Source: Camelus dromedarius (lineage: Eukaryota). Taken from it: DNA of 64,000 nt. The DNA lies in assembly GCF_036321535.1 (NCBI RefSeq), contig NC_087437.1, positions 99,574,001-99,638,000 on the forward strand. Reading direction: 5' to 3'. Positions 52,098-64,000 of this stretch are shown here, in pieces. Under the pieces are notes generated by a model, which was given only the letters and a program-made list of their open reading frames with translations, did not search any database and was not told the DNA's origin. Position numbers and translations under genes: made by a program. The first letter of the stretch is position 1. Each line of letters opens with the position of its first letter.

Positions 52098-52443
52098 CCA
52101 ACTGCAAAGCAATTGACTGGGCATTACCAGAAAAATCTAATTTAGTCCATAATATTACCTCATAATGTTATGAAGTAAATTGGCCAAAGTAGCGATGAGG
52201 GAATCAGATAAATCACTTGGCAATGGGACTGAGTCTTCTTGAAAACAATTCAGCAGTACATGAACTATGTTATTAGAATAAATGAGTCACTTTCTGTAAA
52301 TAATCATTTTGTTTCTCTCATTCCCTATTATCAAACACTGACTCATGAGCCTAGGTGATTCCCCAAGATTCCCCCAAATGATGTGATACAGGATTCTGCT
52401 ACTTTGAGCATTATTTCACACTAGTGCCTAGTTTTTCTTCAAC

Positions 52444-52555
52444 AGAATGTAGGAATAACTTTTTTTTTTAATGGAGGTACTGGGAATTGAACCCAGGGTC
52501 CTTGTGCCTGTTAAGCACACACTTTATACCCTCCCCCCCAAGAATATAGGAATAA
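52444..52555 (-). mobile_element. Camelid-type tRNA-derived SINE (Vic-1-like) with 15-bp TSD
   Basis: Minus strand reads ggggagggtata...gggttcaattcccagtacctccattaaaaaaaaaa. TSD AGAAT(G/A)TAGGAATAA at 52444-52458 and 52541-52555. Confidence 0.8.
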
Positions 52556-53769
52556 GCCTTGAGGTTACTGATCTTGACTATACCTGAAAGACACATAGGG
52601 AACACCCATGAAAATCATTAGGTGGAGGTTCTGACATAATCAAAAGAGCATTTCTCTCTTACTTGCTTACCACTTCCTACCATCCACTACTACTTACTTC
52701 CAAGCAGACCTGCTACTAGTTGATACCACATTCGAGATCCGTGTGTATCACCTCTTCATCCACAAAAGCATTTGCTCTTTCTCTAAAGGAGACTTTCTCC
52801 ATCTTGAATCCTCATAGCCCTTGCAACTTTTATTCCCACAGGGTTTTCTCTAACTTCCATTAGGAATAAGTCCAAGTGCCTGTGTGAGGGACTGTGGCTG
52901 ACCTTTGTACCTCCTACAATGTACATCCTTTTTTTTTTTTAATGTTGGATTTAGTTGAACTTTGGATCATTTATGGACACTCAAACTTACACAGTTCTTA
53001 AAATAAACTGTGCTTCAGCAGTAAGGTACTTCTAGACTCTCCAGAATATATCATTATAGGATGAGGAGTTTTTTTATTTTTTAAACAATATCTTGATTAA
53101 CAGGCCAGTCTCAATTAAGCCTATGATATACCATTGAAGGTTATTTATGAAACAAACTAATCTCTATTATTTATAATAAATCTAAGCCCCTTGAGTTCAG
53201 AAATATCTGTCTTTTCAAAACTTACTCTTACCATAGTGCTCAGCTTATAGGATAAATTGAAGAACCCTTTGGTAAATAAATAGAATTTTTTTTAATGAAA
53301 CAAAAACATCACGTGATACCGTGGAGCAATCCTATATTTAAGTGAACTTCAAACTTTTAAAATTTAGAATTTAAGAGGAATTAGGAATATCACTTTTAAC
53401 TTTTAAGAAGTCTGTTTCATGGTGGTTCTTAATTATTAAGTTGGCGTTGTTTTGTGTGTGTCTTCACTTTTAACCTCGCTCTATGCTGTGTGGAATGTGC
53501 AAGTTAAATAAACTGCCAGTGCTTCCTCCCTGCATCGACCTGATCCCTCTTAAATCCGGACTTTGTTGCTCTTCACTCTGAACTCTTGCAGCACTTACTT
53601 GAACTCCAGTCATATTCAGTCTTGTGTTTCCCACTGCTTTTTTAATATGTTTAGACAGTAAGTAGTAAAGTTAGGTTGTAAGCTGTATAATTTATGTATA
53701 CTTTTACTTATTAGGCACTTAAATAGTATGTAATTGAAATTAAAAATGAAATCTAGATTTATAAATAGC

Positions 53770-53870
53770 AAGAATCTTGAAAATCAACTGGCCCACTTTC
53801 CAGATGACCAAACTGAGGCCCAGAATGTTCAATGATTTTGCAAGGGTCAGCCCACTAGTTACACAATCCA
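53770..53870 (-). mobile_element. MIR core fragment
   Basis: cccactttccagatgaccaaactgaggcccaga...tgcaagggtcagcccactagt. Confidence 0.65.
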
Positions 53871-55946
53871 GTTTTCTATCCAAGAAAAAATATTTCATGC
53901 TTGTAATCAATAGCTTTTTGGATAATGTTATTAAACAAATTTTAATTAATTTATTTATTGAAATTAGATAATAAGGTTTTATTTCTAAAAGACTTTAAAT
54001 AACACTAATTTATCTTCAGATTCTACTGTGATAGATATATAATTAATACTGTTTAAAATCAACTCCATATCCATTTAATTCTTTCTTTTCAAATACCAGT
54101 ACACTCTTATTCTTCTAGGCATAGGGAAAAATTTACCCTCTGGTTCCACTGTGGTATTTCCTCTCTTGTCAGAATCCTTCTCCAGGGGAGAAGAGTAGGG
54201 CCCAGCCGTTAATGGCATAGCTTAAGTAAGAAGGGAAGAACTATGAACTGGTTAACCTCTCAGCATTATGTTGCTTGGGAGAATGGACGTTAATATGAAA
54301 TGGTAGTCATTACTAAGTCCAGCTTCAGAACTCAATTACCTGTGCCCCCGTGAGATATGTAAGATATTACATACAACACCTTACCAAGGATCATGAACTT
54401 AAATCATTTCTGGGTCTAGGCAGGGTAATAATCCAAACTTACAGACAAGAGGAAGGAATGAGGACTATGGTAGACCAAAGAAGGCAAGCTCACTTTCAAA
54501 ATATTCCAAAATGACTTCATCAGTCAATCTATATTTGGCCCCAGAGGTAACCAATTCTCTATCTTTGCTGTGAAGGTATCATAAAGTAAAGCAAAATTGC
54601 AATAAATCTGTTCTCTTGATGAAATGAACAGCATCTTTTCTTATGATTGAACTAGATAATTTATAGTATCTATGATGCTATCGGGTAATTCTAAGGTATT
54701 AAAAAAGATAAATTCTTACACACTTACATGCTTAAGCTGTTATTTCAAAACGACATGTATGATCCATGATAATCTAAATATTTCCTTGAATATAATTGTC
54801 TAGTGAAAAATATTCATCAGTCAAGCAACAACTAACAAGTACAATGCTATTTTGTTGCTATTTTAATGAATGAAACGTAGTAATAGAAATTGTAGTAGTC
54901 CTAGTAGTACTATGTAGATTCTCACTTGCATCTAAATCTCAATTTACAAAATGATGTTCTTGTACTTATTTCTCAAGTAATTCATGCCATAGCTAGATGG
55001 ATAGATAGCATTTTCAAGTGAGAAAAAAATCAAAAGGTTAACTAGAGAGAATGCAAAGTCTTAGACACTCATCTGCATATAAAGTGCATTCATCTCCATA
55101 TAAAATCTTAGACACTCAGGCAACTGAGTAGACTTCAAGAGTAAAGTAACAATATTGTTAATTATATTTTGTGTTATAATTAAAAAACCAGTTATGCATA
55201 AATCTAGAATTAGGTCAGATTCCTGTCCATAATTTTTTCAATATAATTTAATCCAATGAATTTATATTTGGCAAATAGCAATGACACAATCAATTTTTGA
55301 AAACACTGAGTTTATAGTAATAAAGAAAGCATGTGTTTGCAATTTTGCTAGGCGTAGTATAAATTTTTTGTTTAATACAATTGGGATCAGTAGTTGGCGA
55401 GTAAATCCACAAGGGTTGTTAAAGAAACAGATCTTAAAAATTAATACATACACACAATGCATATTTTGTTTAAATTTTAAAACGTGATTATGTGTTTATT
55501 TGTCAGTATCTTTCAGTAAGACAAGAACTATTTTGAGTTTGGGTTACTAATTGTAGATCTTAGTCACCTTTTCTTTCTGTAAATCCCATAATGCATCATC
55601 TGTGAGTTCTAATTTTGATTGCTTTTTAAATGTCTTTAAAGTGCAAATCCAATACAAAGAAATCTGAGAGCAGATTCTTATTTTTCTCTACAATTTTTTC
55701 CAATTTTGCATTATTTATATTTAACTATAGTATTTTTTAAAGTGACTGAAGCTTATTGTCTTTCCAACATTTTCAGGTTTAAAACATCCCTCACTCTTTT
55801 TACACTCATATTTAAATTTGTTTATATAATATTTAATTAAATTACACAACTTCATGTTAAGCCAATTAGCACAAACTGGTTTGGGAACAAACATAACTGA
55901 CTGCCAGCAAGCATACAAATCACTTGGTTAAAGTAGAAGTACCTAC

Positions 55947-56141
55947 CTGGCTGTTCTAGAACTTTCTGAGGTGATGGAAATGTTCTCTGTACTGTCTAAA
56001 ACAGTAACCACTAGTCATATGTGGCTATTGAGTATTTAAAATGTGGCTAGTGTGACTGAAGAGCTGAATTTTAAATTCAGTTAATTTTAGTAAATTTAAA
56101 TAGCTACATATGGCTAGTAGCCTGTATATTGGACAGTGCAG
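55947..56141. mobile_element. MER3 hAT-Charlie MITE
   Basis: tagaactttctgaggtgatggaaatgttct...ccactagtcatatgtggctattgag...tattggacagtgcag. Confidence 0.85.
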
Positions 56142-58254
56142 CTCTAGAAAGTAACATACTTGCTTTTAGCATGCTGGGGGATCAATTGAGAATGTCAGAT
56201 TATTTGTAAAGTAGTAGATGGTTAAGAGTATTTTCTCTGTAGTTGCATTTAAATTTAAGGGGAGAATTGCTTGGGAAACTCAAATTGGTTTAGAATTCAT
56301 TTTTTATTTTGTTTTTAATTTGTTTATTTTGCTCCTATTTGAGTATAGATTTAGTTTGATGGAATTTTAAAGTTTTAATCAAAAGAAATAAGCCAAACTA
56401 TTCGAAACTACAGAGGTTTGCAGTTTTTTTCGGAAGCATTTGATCAACACAAACCTAATTAGAAAGTAAAGACATCATGTCTCATATCCTAGCTCTTGAC
56501 AGATTATCATGGGAGTCCATGATTTCCAAAAAAAGTTTAGAATAATTGCACTTGATTACTGCTTAATACTTTTTAAAGTGCCAGAAATTAATTAGTACAT
56601 TTTGATAGAACTGTAAACTGTCTCTTATGAATACTGTAAATCTATCTATCCATTCATTCACATATATATTTCAAATTGTATAGTTTATATACGTAATTGA
56701 TATTAAAAATTTAAACTTTGTACAATATATAATTTGTATGTAATTTAATTAATAGTATATGTTTAATCTAATTAATTAGCTCAACCTATGGACCATGGTT
56801 GAGACAAGAAAGAGAATAGCTTAATTTCTTGGGAGGATTCAATAAAACTAAATAGCTAAAATCACTGTCATATTAAAGTTGAACTTTCAACTGTGATTTA
56901 TTACAAAAAAATCATAAAAATATAGATTAAATAATCCCTCAGTTTCCAGTATCAGCGCCTTTATATATTCGTGCTTATGAATGGACCGGGTCCATTAAGT
57001 GGTGCATTATGGCTACAATTTGGGATACCTGGAAAAACCGTCACCAACCCCGTGCTCAATGAAAGGCCTTGTCTCACATGAAAATACTGGGGAAAATTAG
57101 AAAATTATACTTTCATATGTTTTAAGAAAAATTAAAATATTTATACTTTAAGGTATATTTATGTTTCCCTTTCTAACTAGTATTTTTGTTTAATGCATCA
57201 ACTACTGATCCCAAACACATCAAATAGGGTGGTTTCTACTGTAAACAGTGTCAGTCTTCTTTCGAAAGTGAGAGAACCACAGTCAGAGGTTTATATAATT
57301 TCCTACAATCACATAAGTGGTAAATCCTAGGTCTGGAGCAAATATGTTTTACACCAAGGGAGTTAATTTTTAGCTACTTTGGTATAATGCCTCCAGTGAC
57401 AGTCTCAGCAGGTTGGAAGCAGAAGGCACCCGCAGGAAAAGTCCGAAAGGCAGATTTGCTGCACTTCACTTACAGTGAAAATGCAGGCTTACTAGTCGAG
57501 CTGACCAGCTCTTTTTGTGCTTCCAGAGATTTCTTAGACTCGTGTTTCTTTCAGTTTAGAGATCCACACAACAAAATTTCCGTGGGCTCTTTTCTACTTC
57601 TGATTTTCTGAAAAAAAAAAAAAAAAGAATAATACAAGGTTGCCACCTACCTTAAAACAGCAAATACGTTTACTTTTAACTAGGGATTTATCAGCTCATT
57701 TTGGTAAAAACTTTTTTAATGATAATGAGAAACATTGAGCAGCATCTTTCTGTTTATTACGTAAATAATTACTTCTGGTTTTAAGTCTTCAAAATATAGA
57801 AGTACAATAAACCTTATTCACAGGCTGCTTGAGATTAGTTTATTGATATCTGGGGAGTATCTACATCGTCCCTTACATAATCTGGGGACTCAGAGGAACC
57901 TTCTTTTTCTTCCCCTTCTTCTAATACTAGTAGCTTGACACTTGTTTAAGATTCCCTGCCTTGCTCTGACTTTTAAGACTTCTTAGAACAGTGGTTCTTA
58001 ACTGTGTTGCTTGAGGACCTGCAGGGGGGAGGGGGAAGTGGGGCAGGAGGTGGGTGTAGTTTGAAAAAGTCCTCACTGTGATTCAGATTTTCCATCTGCA
58101 TAGTCACCTATTCCGGAAGGCCTCCATTTTGTAATAGGATTTCAAAGGCCTCAGAAAGGTCACCCCTGCTCCAAAATAGCTTGGTCTTTCATTGCCCACT
58201 AAACTTAGAGCACAGTTTTTGACTGTTCCCCTTTCCCCAGTAAAAAGGACATTG

Positions 58255-58450
58255 ACCTCCAGCTCTGGAGTCAGACACAGCTGAGCTGATAACAAGTCTG
58301 AGTCACCCACCACTACAAAAACTGATCTTTTCATCAGTGCTTCGTGATCTTCATCTGTAAAGTGAAAATTACGAAACTGGTACTGCGAGATTTTTGTGAA
58401 GATTAAAAGATGATATGTATGAGGCATGTAGCAAGCATGGTGCTAGTAGA
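58255..58450 (+). mobile_element. MIR SINE
   Basis: ctctggagtcagacac...ttcatctgtaaagtgaaaat...tttgtgaagattaaaagatgatatgtatg. Confidence 0.7.
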
Positions 58451-60219
58451 TTATAGGAAAAACACTATGGCCATCATTATACATGGTGCAGTGTTGTGTC
58501 TACCTATTAAGCATCCCTCTGGAGTGCGGTGGGGTTTGCCCCACCAGAGCCAGCCACAGCAGACACGGGGAAGAGGTGCTTTTCTCTGGGTCCTCCCCAT
58601 TGATTCCCAGACATTGTGTCTTTGCTGCTTTGAGGAGACCACGTTTCAGACAGTCTTCTCCCTTTCAGATCACAGTAGACAAGAAGTCTCACCTTTCCCT
58701 TCTGAGAAAGGAAATAGTCCCTCTTCACATGTCTGAAGTTAAGTTTTTTCCTTTTTGTCTCATCCTTATTTTGAAAACGATGTGTCACTACTGTTTATAT
58801 GCACGTAAAATAAAGTGCTACGATGTTTAAGTGCCTTAGTTTTCCCATCTGTAAAACAGGGGTAACAGTCCCTTCATGTAGCACTTCTATACTCTAGAGA
58901 AAATAAAAATATGTAATGTGAAAAAAGAAAAAGGCAGCATTGGCATTCTTACAAATAGAAAATTAACCCTTTTAAACTTAACTACAGGCAATTTTGTAAA
59001 CAGCCTTCCAGGGAAGGAGGAGCAGCAAGGTATTCTCAAGCTATTCATTCCCAGAGAGAAGATGTCACTCTCAATACCTCTCCTTCTCTCTCTCTTTCTC
59101 TGTGTATGTGTGTGTGTCTTTCTCTCTGTCTCCTTCTCTCTCTTCCCTTCTCTCTCTCGTGTTCTTCGATCCTGCTATTTCCATGGCTTAACTGTTGGCA
59201 TAATGTCTGTTTCCATTACTGTTCTTGAGTTCCTTTCTCGATCTAGCCAAATGTCAAAAGTAAGAACCTTATATTTACTAGATAAATGAATGAATTATTG
59301 AATGAATCAAATCAATTAATGAGAGCAGATCAGAAATGCAGACTTTAGTTCATAAGAAACTGGAAGATATTAGCTACAGTGTAATTAATGTATTAATAGT
59401 TGGCTAATCTTGGTCATCATCGTGGGCAGGTGATGCCAGAGGAAGCTAAGTCAGTCCTGCAGTTCCTTCCCAACAGGTTTCTTTTCTTATGAAGCCGAGC
59501 GTGGCAGTGGGAGCTAGGGCACGTGCACCATGACTGGGTGATAAGATGGATTTGCATCAAGCATTTCTCACAGAAAATTGGGTGGGGCTTTATGTTTCAT
59601 GATTAAGTTGATTTTTTTTTTTAATCTGTAGAGACCAAGTTCAGTTTACCATGCTAGTCCAGTGAAAGCTCATTCAGCAATTTTATTGCAACCAATTTTG
59701 ATTTTACATAACAGACAGGAGATTTTTGAACTGAGTTCAAATGTTTGTGAGGCTTTTAAACATGGTTCTTTTTCCCTCTTTTTTTCAGGCTGGATGGTTT
59801 CCCAAACAGGATAATTTCTAGGAAGGAAGCAACCTAGGCATCTAAAGTGCAATGGCGTAATGCTTGTAGGGTCTGACACCCACTAACCACTGCTCCGACC
59901 ATGTCCCCCAAATCTACAGAAAGGCCACGTGGCCTGCCGGGGTCCTGGGTGAGGGCCTAAATGCTCTCCAGGAAATAGCATCCTTGCCTCCTTGGCCCTA
60001 AGCACCTGTTACTCCCTTTAAGTTGGTGTCAGAGATTTGGGGAGCTGAGAGAGTGACCTTGCCCATTATCAAATGCTGACTGTTTCATGGTCGATTTTGA
60101 AACTGCTGTGGCTTTCAGAATAGATGTTTTTAGATTTGGTGGATGATGGTTGGACGTGAGGAACGTAGACCTTCTTTCTTTCTTTAGTTAGTTTCATTAC
60201 AAAGCATGGACTTTAGATA

Positions 60220-60387
60220 TAGGGCTGCCAGACTTAGCAAGAAAAATATGGGATGCCCAGTTAAGTTTGAATTTTAGATGGACAATGAATAGTTTTTCAG
60301 TAACACTGTATTCAGTAGTTCATGCTGTTTTCATTGTCTGAAATTCAAATTTGACTTGGCGACCTACATTTTTATGTGGTAACTCTT
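60220..60387. mobile_element. MER53 hAT MITE (palindromic)
   Basis: tagggctgccagacttagcaagaaaaatatgggatgcccagttaagtttgaattttag ... ctgaaattcaaatttgacttggcgacctacattttt...tggtaactct. Confidence 0.8.
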
Positions 60388-61384
60388 TTTAGTAGCATTT
60401 TCCATAATAAAATGTCAGGTCTCATTTCTCCAAGTATGTTCCACTCTTACTAAATAAGGATGAAGAAGCTAATAAAGCAACTAGAATAAGACTGATGTTA
60501 CGAGAGATCAGGGAAAAGCATACAAAAATAATGTAATAATCTATATTAAAATGATAGAAAATTAGAGGCAAACTCTTTTCTTGAATGTTTGGGTCATGTA
60601 AACTAAGTATTAGGCTGTATTATTCCACATGATTAAATAAAGTAGTTTAGCAAATGATATTTAATAAATGGAAGCCAGTTGATAACATCTGCACAAAATT
60701 CAGGGGATTAAAAATTTGTGGTAATGTCAAAACCACATTACCTGATGCATCCTCTGATATTCTAAGTGGTCTTTGCATTAGTTATGACAGATTTTGGTTT
60801 GGTTTGGTTTTTTTGTTTGTTTGTTTTCTGAGAGCTCTGGAGGGAAAGTTTTCCAGAAAATGAACATTCTAGTTAAAGCAATTTCATTTTTCAGTTAATG
60901 TAAAGCATTGCTTACTTTTCACATGATCTGTTGCCATCAGTTACTTTAGAATCTTTGTTAGCTTTTCAAACACCAGTTGCCATCACAATATAAATCTTTT
61001 ACACATAGCCTGTGCTGTGTCTATGTTTGCCCTGCACATCCAGAACGTTTCACATGGCGCCTCTTTGAGATGGGTGATGCTGACTCCCTCACGGTGTTTG
61101 TACACACCACCGTCTCACCCTTCTTCACAGCCTGATTTCTTCCTTCCTGATCGTCCAACTGCCCCCAGCTCGACAGCTCCCCGCCTTTCCAGTTTTGCTC
61201 AGACCCCAACAGAGCCAAGCTTCCCAGCTGGGTCTTCTCCCCACACTCATCAGTCCTCAGTTCTTTTCTCTTCTGGCAACCTTGGGCAGAGAATCACAGA
61301 CCTGGAGACTTTCAAAATGTCACCATCAAGTCACACCAGGCATACATATGCGTGTCCACGTGTTCACACGCAATGAATCTTTTC

Positions 61385-61520
61385 ATTTAATGAGGCAATT
61401 TGTCCTGTCCCCTTGGCGCCATTTCCTTTACTTTATACAGAAGGACATAAGCACACAAGATCAGGAGATTGTTTTCAAAGTCACACAGTCGCTTGCTAGT
61501 CAAGGCTGGAACCACAGTCC
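61385..61520 (-). mobile_element. MIR fragment
   Basis: tttatacagaaggacataagcacacaag...caaagtcacacagtcgcttgctagtcaaggctggaacc. Confidence 0.5.
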
Positions 61521-61724
61521 TTTCATTAAATCAATCTTTTCAGAGAATTAACTTCTTCCTCTGCCATATGGGATCATACGGCCAAAGAGTGGTGTTTTTT
61601 TGTAAGAATTAAATAAGAATTTAAATTATCTAGCTGAACTGCTTATGGTGGGCTTTCAGAAAATGTTTCTTCCTCCCATTTTCACTAAACTGATAGACAA
61701 TTTATTATCATTTATGAATAAAAT

Positions 61725-61875
61725 TTATTAGAAGAGCTGGCTTTGGTTGGGGCTAAGAATTCCATTAATTCCCAGACTCTTTCTAGTTTGCTTTTTGACA
61801 CTGACAAATTTATTTAACCTTTCTGTCCCCAGACATAGTTCTTTGTCATGCAGTGGTGTTCTGTGATTATATGAT
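61725..61875 (+). mobile_element. MIR fragment
   Basis: aattcccagactctttctagttgc...acaaattatttaacctttctgtccccag. Confidence 0.5.
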
Positions 61876-62469
61876 TCTGTAATTTTTCTATTTTTGAGTT
61901 TGCCCCAAATTAGCATGTAGTTGTAACTACATAAATATTTTCAAATGAATAAACGCATGAGTAAATGGTAATGCCCAATGTTGTTATCATTTTCCAGCCG
62001 TTTAATGACACATTAGAAAGTAATATAGGTATTACTGGTTATATGTTTTCCATGGCTATTTTGAAGCAAATCATGGGATATTTGAAGGTAACTGGATTTT
62101 TTAAAATTCTCCCATCTATTGAAGTGAGCTTTTTACTCAGTTGTCACAGTATTTGACATTGACCCTCCTTGACGCCTATGGCTTTCTTTCACCTCCTGAA
62201 GCTCCCTCACCTCTGTAAGTTCCTCCTCAGAGTATTGTGTGTTTTGTAAAAGTGTGTTATCTCGTGTACAGAATCAGTTTAAATTCCTCTACAGGACAGG
62301 AAGAATGTTATCAAAGTACCAACATAAACCTGTGTCGGGCTACCCCTCCGTCTCCTGACACCCTCTCTTTCCAGTCCTGCCCATTCGCACGGCCTCATAT
62401 TCAGCTACCCTGGGGCTCCAGCTCAGAGGAGGCTCAGGGACAGTGTTCTGTAACAGAAGGCTGTCTGGC

Positions 62470-62630
62470 ATTTAAGCACCGGCTTTGGAATGAGGCAGCC
62501 AGTGCACAAATGTGCCTTACCATTTTGTAGCTGTGGGGTCTATCTCTATAAGTCTCACTTGTTTTATCTAAAACTGGGGCAATAATACAGCATAGAGCTC
62601 CTGTAGGATTACATGAGCTAGCATAACTTA
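62470..62630 (+). mobile_element. MIR fragment
   Basis: ggctttggaatgaggcag...tctctataagtctcacttgttttatctaaaactggggcaataatac...taggattacatgag. Confidence 0.55.
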
Positions 62631-62907
62631 GGTTATAAATGGCTTCTTTCTAAGAATGCAGTGAGTAGAAGCTAATGTGATAAAGTAAAAATGAACTTGA
62701 AAGTCTTTGCTGATTTTGTTCTTTTTGTCCAAGAGTCTTTAAATTGCTTTTTATTGCTGGAAAAATTGCATTCATTCTTTAGGATCTGCTTATCCCCTAT
62801 ATTCACATTTATACATGATTGATTATGTTTAAGTTGCATGCACTGGCATTTCCACTCTCTTATTTCTTCATTGACATTAGATCCTTTTCTGTTTTTTGGT
62901 TTATCAC

Positions 62908-62911
<4 letters not shown>

Positions 62912-62941
<30 letters not shown>
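62912..62941. repeat. (TA)n microsatellite
   Basis: About 14 uninterrupted TA units. Confidence 0.95.
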
Positions 62942-62944
<3 letters not shown>

Positions 62945-63664
62945 TCATAGGTAATAAGAATGACGAAGAATTTGACATTTACTCCAATATCCTCATTTAA
63001 TAACTAAGAAAACTGAAGCTCAAACTCATTAATTACTTTTTTTGGAATTAATTGTATAATATCTGCCTCCCTAGTTGTCTGAGAATTTCCAAAAAGTAGC
63101 AAACTATGTCTGATCAGTGTGGTACCCAGAGGGATTGGTGCAAGGTAGACCTACAGTGATGGCTATTTGTGGAATAAGTGAATGTTGTGGAACTAATTCT
63201 GGCCAAATTTCAGAATTCTAGGTTCGTGCTTTTGTGGTATGCTATGTTTCTTTTTATGCAAACTTCGTCTTATTCTACAGGTTCACTTACTGAATATCTC
63301 TTCTGAAGGTTGTTGATCATCCTGGAGTGCACAATGTAAGGCTGATCTTTGTAAGATCCAAGACATTTTCTGATTCCATGACGTAGTCACGTAACACACT
63401 TTGTAGCCAGGGTGATGTGCTCTTCCAGCGGCAGGCCCAGGAAAGAATGAAGCTGAGGCAGCATTACTTTTTCCAAGTAAAGTTGGTGTGGACATGTGGG
63501 TCTTCTCCCCTTGACATCAAATCCAGTAGTCCTTTCTTTTGTCTAACGATCATTTCAGCTTTGACTTCATAATAATGCCTGTTCTGTGTTGATTCTGACT
63601 GTCTGCAGACTGCTTTCATGCATGTTGCCTCGTTTCTACTCCAGAATAACCCAAGGGGAAGCAG

Positions 63665-63735
63665 AGACGTTATGAGGATCCATGTTTTACAGTTGGGGAA
63701 ACTAAGGTTTGGTTTGAATTCAGATTTCCTTTCTC
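63665..63735 (-). mobile_element. MIR core fragment
   Basis: ccatgttttacagttggggaaactaaggttt. Confidence 0.45.
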
Positions 63736-64000
63736 CCATCCTGCTGTTCGCACTGTACAAGTTTGCCTGTCATCATTTGGTTGTGGCTGCCTTAGACCTA
63801 TGGCTGAGCTATTCCACGCCAGTAGAATATTCTACACCAGTAAGAGAAACCTAATATTCTCCCCTGTGAGTTCTAGTCAAGTTCTAAGAACAGCCCTGGG
63901 CTACATACACCCATTGAGTGTCCATGCTGAAGACCCCTTTAATTCCTGAAAATAAACAGCTGGCTAGTTCAGATTGCAGTTTAGGGATGCTTTCAGTAAT

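Larger units (their letters stand above)
1..64000 (+). ncRNA. MIR99AHG: Portion (mostly intronic) of the miR-99a/let-7c host lncRNA gene orthologue
   Basis: Inferred from the miR-99a and let-7c hairpins 654 bp apart on +. In mammals this pair lies in an intron of MIR99AHG. No coding exons are evident. Confidence 0.8.

Noticed and set aside
63810..63845. Imperfect 18-bp tandem duplication creating the palindrome GTAGAATATTCTAC (heat-shock-element-like)
   Set aside because: Only two nGAAn units, below the three needed for a canonical HSE. Likely local slippage.
49418..64000. miR-125b-2
   Set aside because: TCCCTGAGACCCTAACTTGTGA was not seen. It normally lies tens of kb further downstream.
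1..64000. Prokaryotic-type systems (CRISPR arrays, operons) and remaining short ORFs
   Set aside because: The sequence is mammalian intronic DNA. No repeat-spacer arrays were seen, and ORF lengths are as expected by chance.

Overview
AT-rich, CpG-poor mammalian genomic DNA with no credible protein-coding gene. It carries the miR-99a (48599-48679) and let-7c (49334-49417) hairpins on the + strand, which places the window inside the MIR99AHG (LINC00478/MONC) lncRNA host-gene orthologue. The third cluster member, miR-125b-2, is not in the window. The repeats (a tRNA-derived camelid-type SINE, cetartiodactyl-type L1 3' ends, and no Alu, B1 or Bov-A/BovB seen) point to a camelid. The rest is mostly intron with L1, L2, MIR, MamSINE1, ERV/MaLR LTRs and hAT MITEs, plus candidate short host-gene exons and a probable internal promoter 3.5-5 kb upstream of miR-99a. 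The most striking unexplained structure is a long inverted repeat that matches no repeat family I recognise. Its arms (19416-19670 and 20711-20965) align ungapped over 255 bp at 231/255 identity by hand count, enclose a ~1 kb unique spacer, and have outer ends reading TTAA|AG...CT|TTAA. Repeat subfamily names are from recall of consensus sequences, not a database search, and old-repeat boundaries are approximate.
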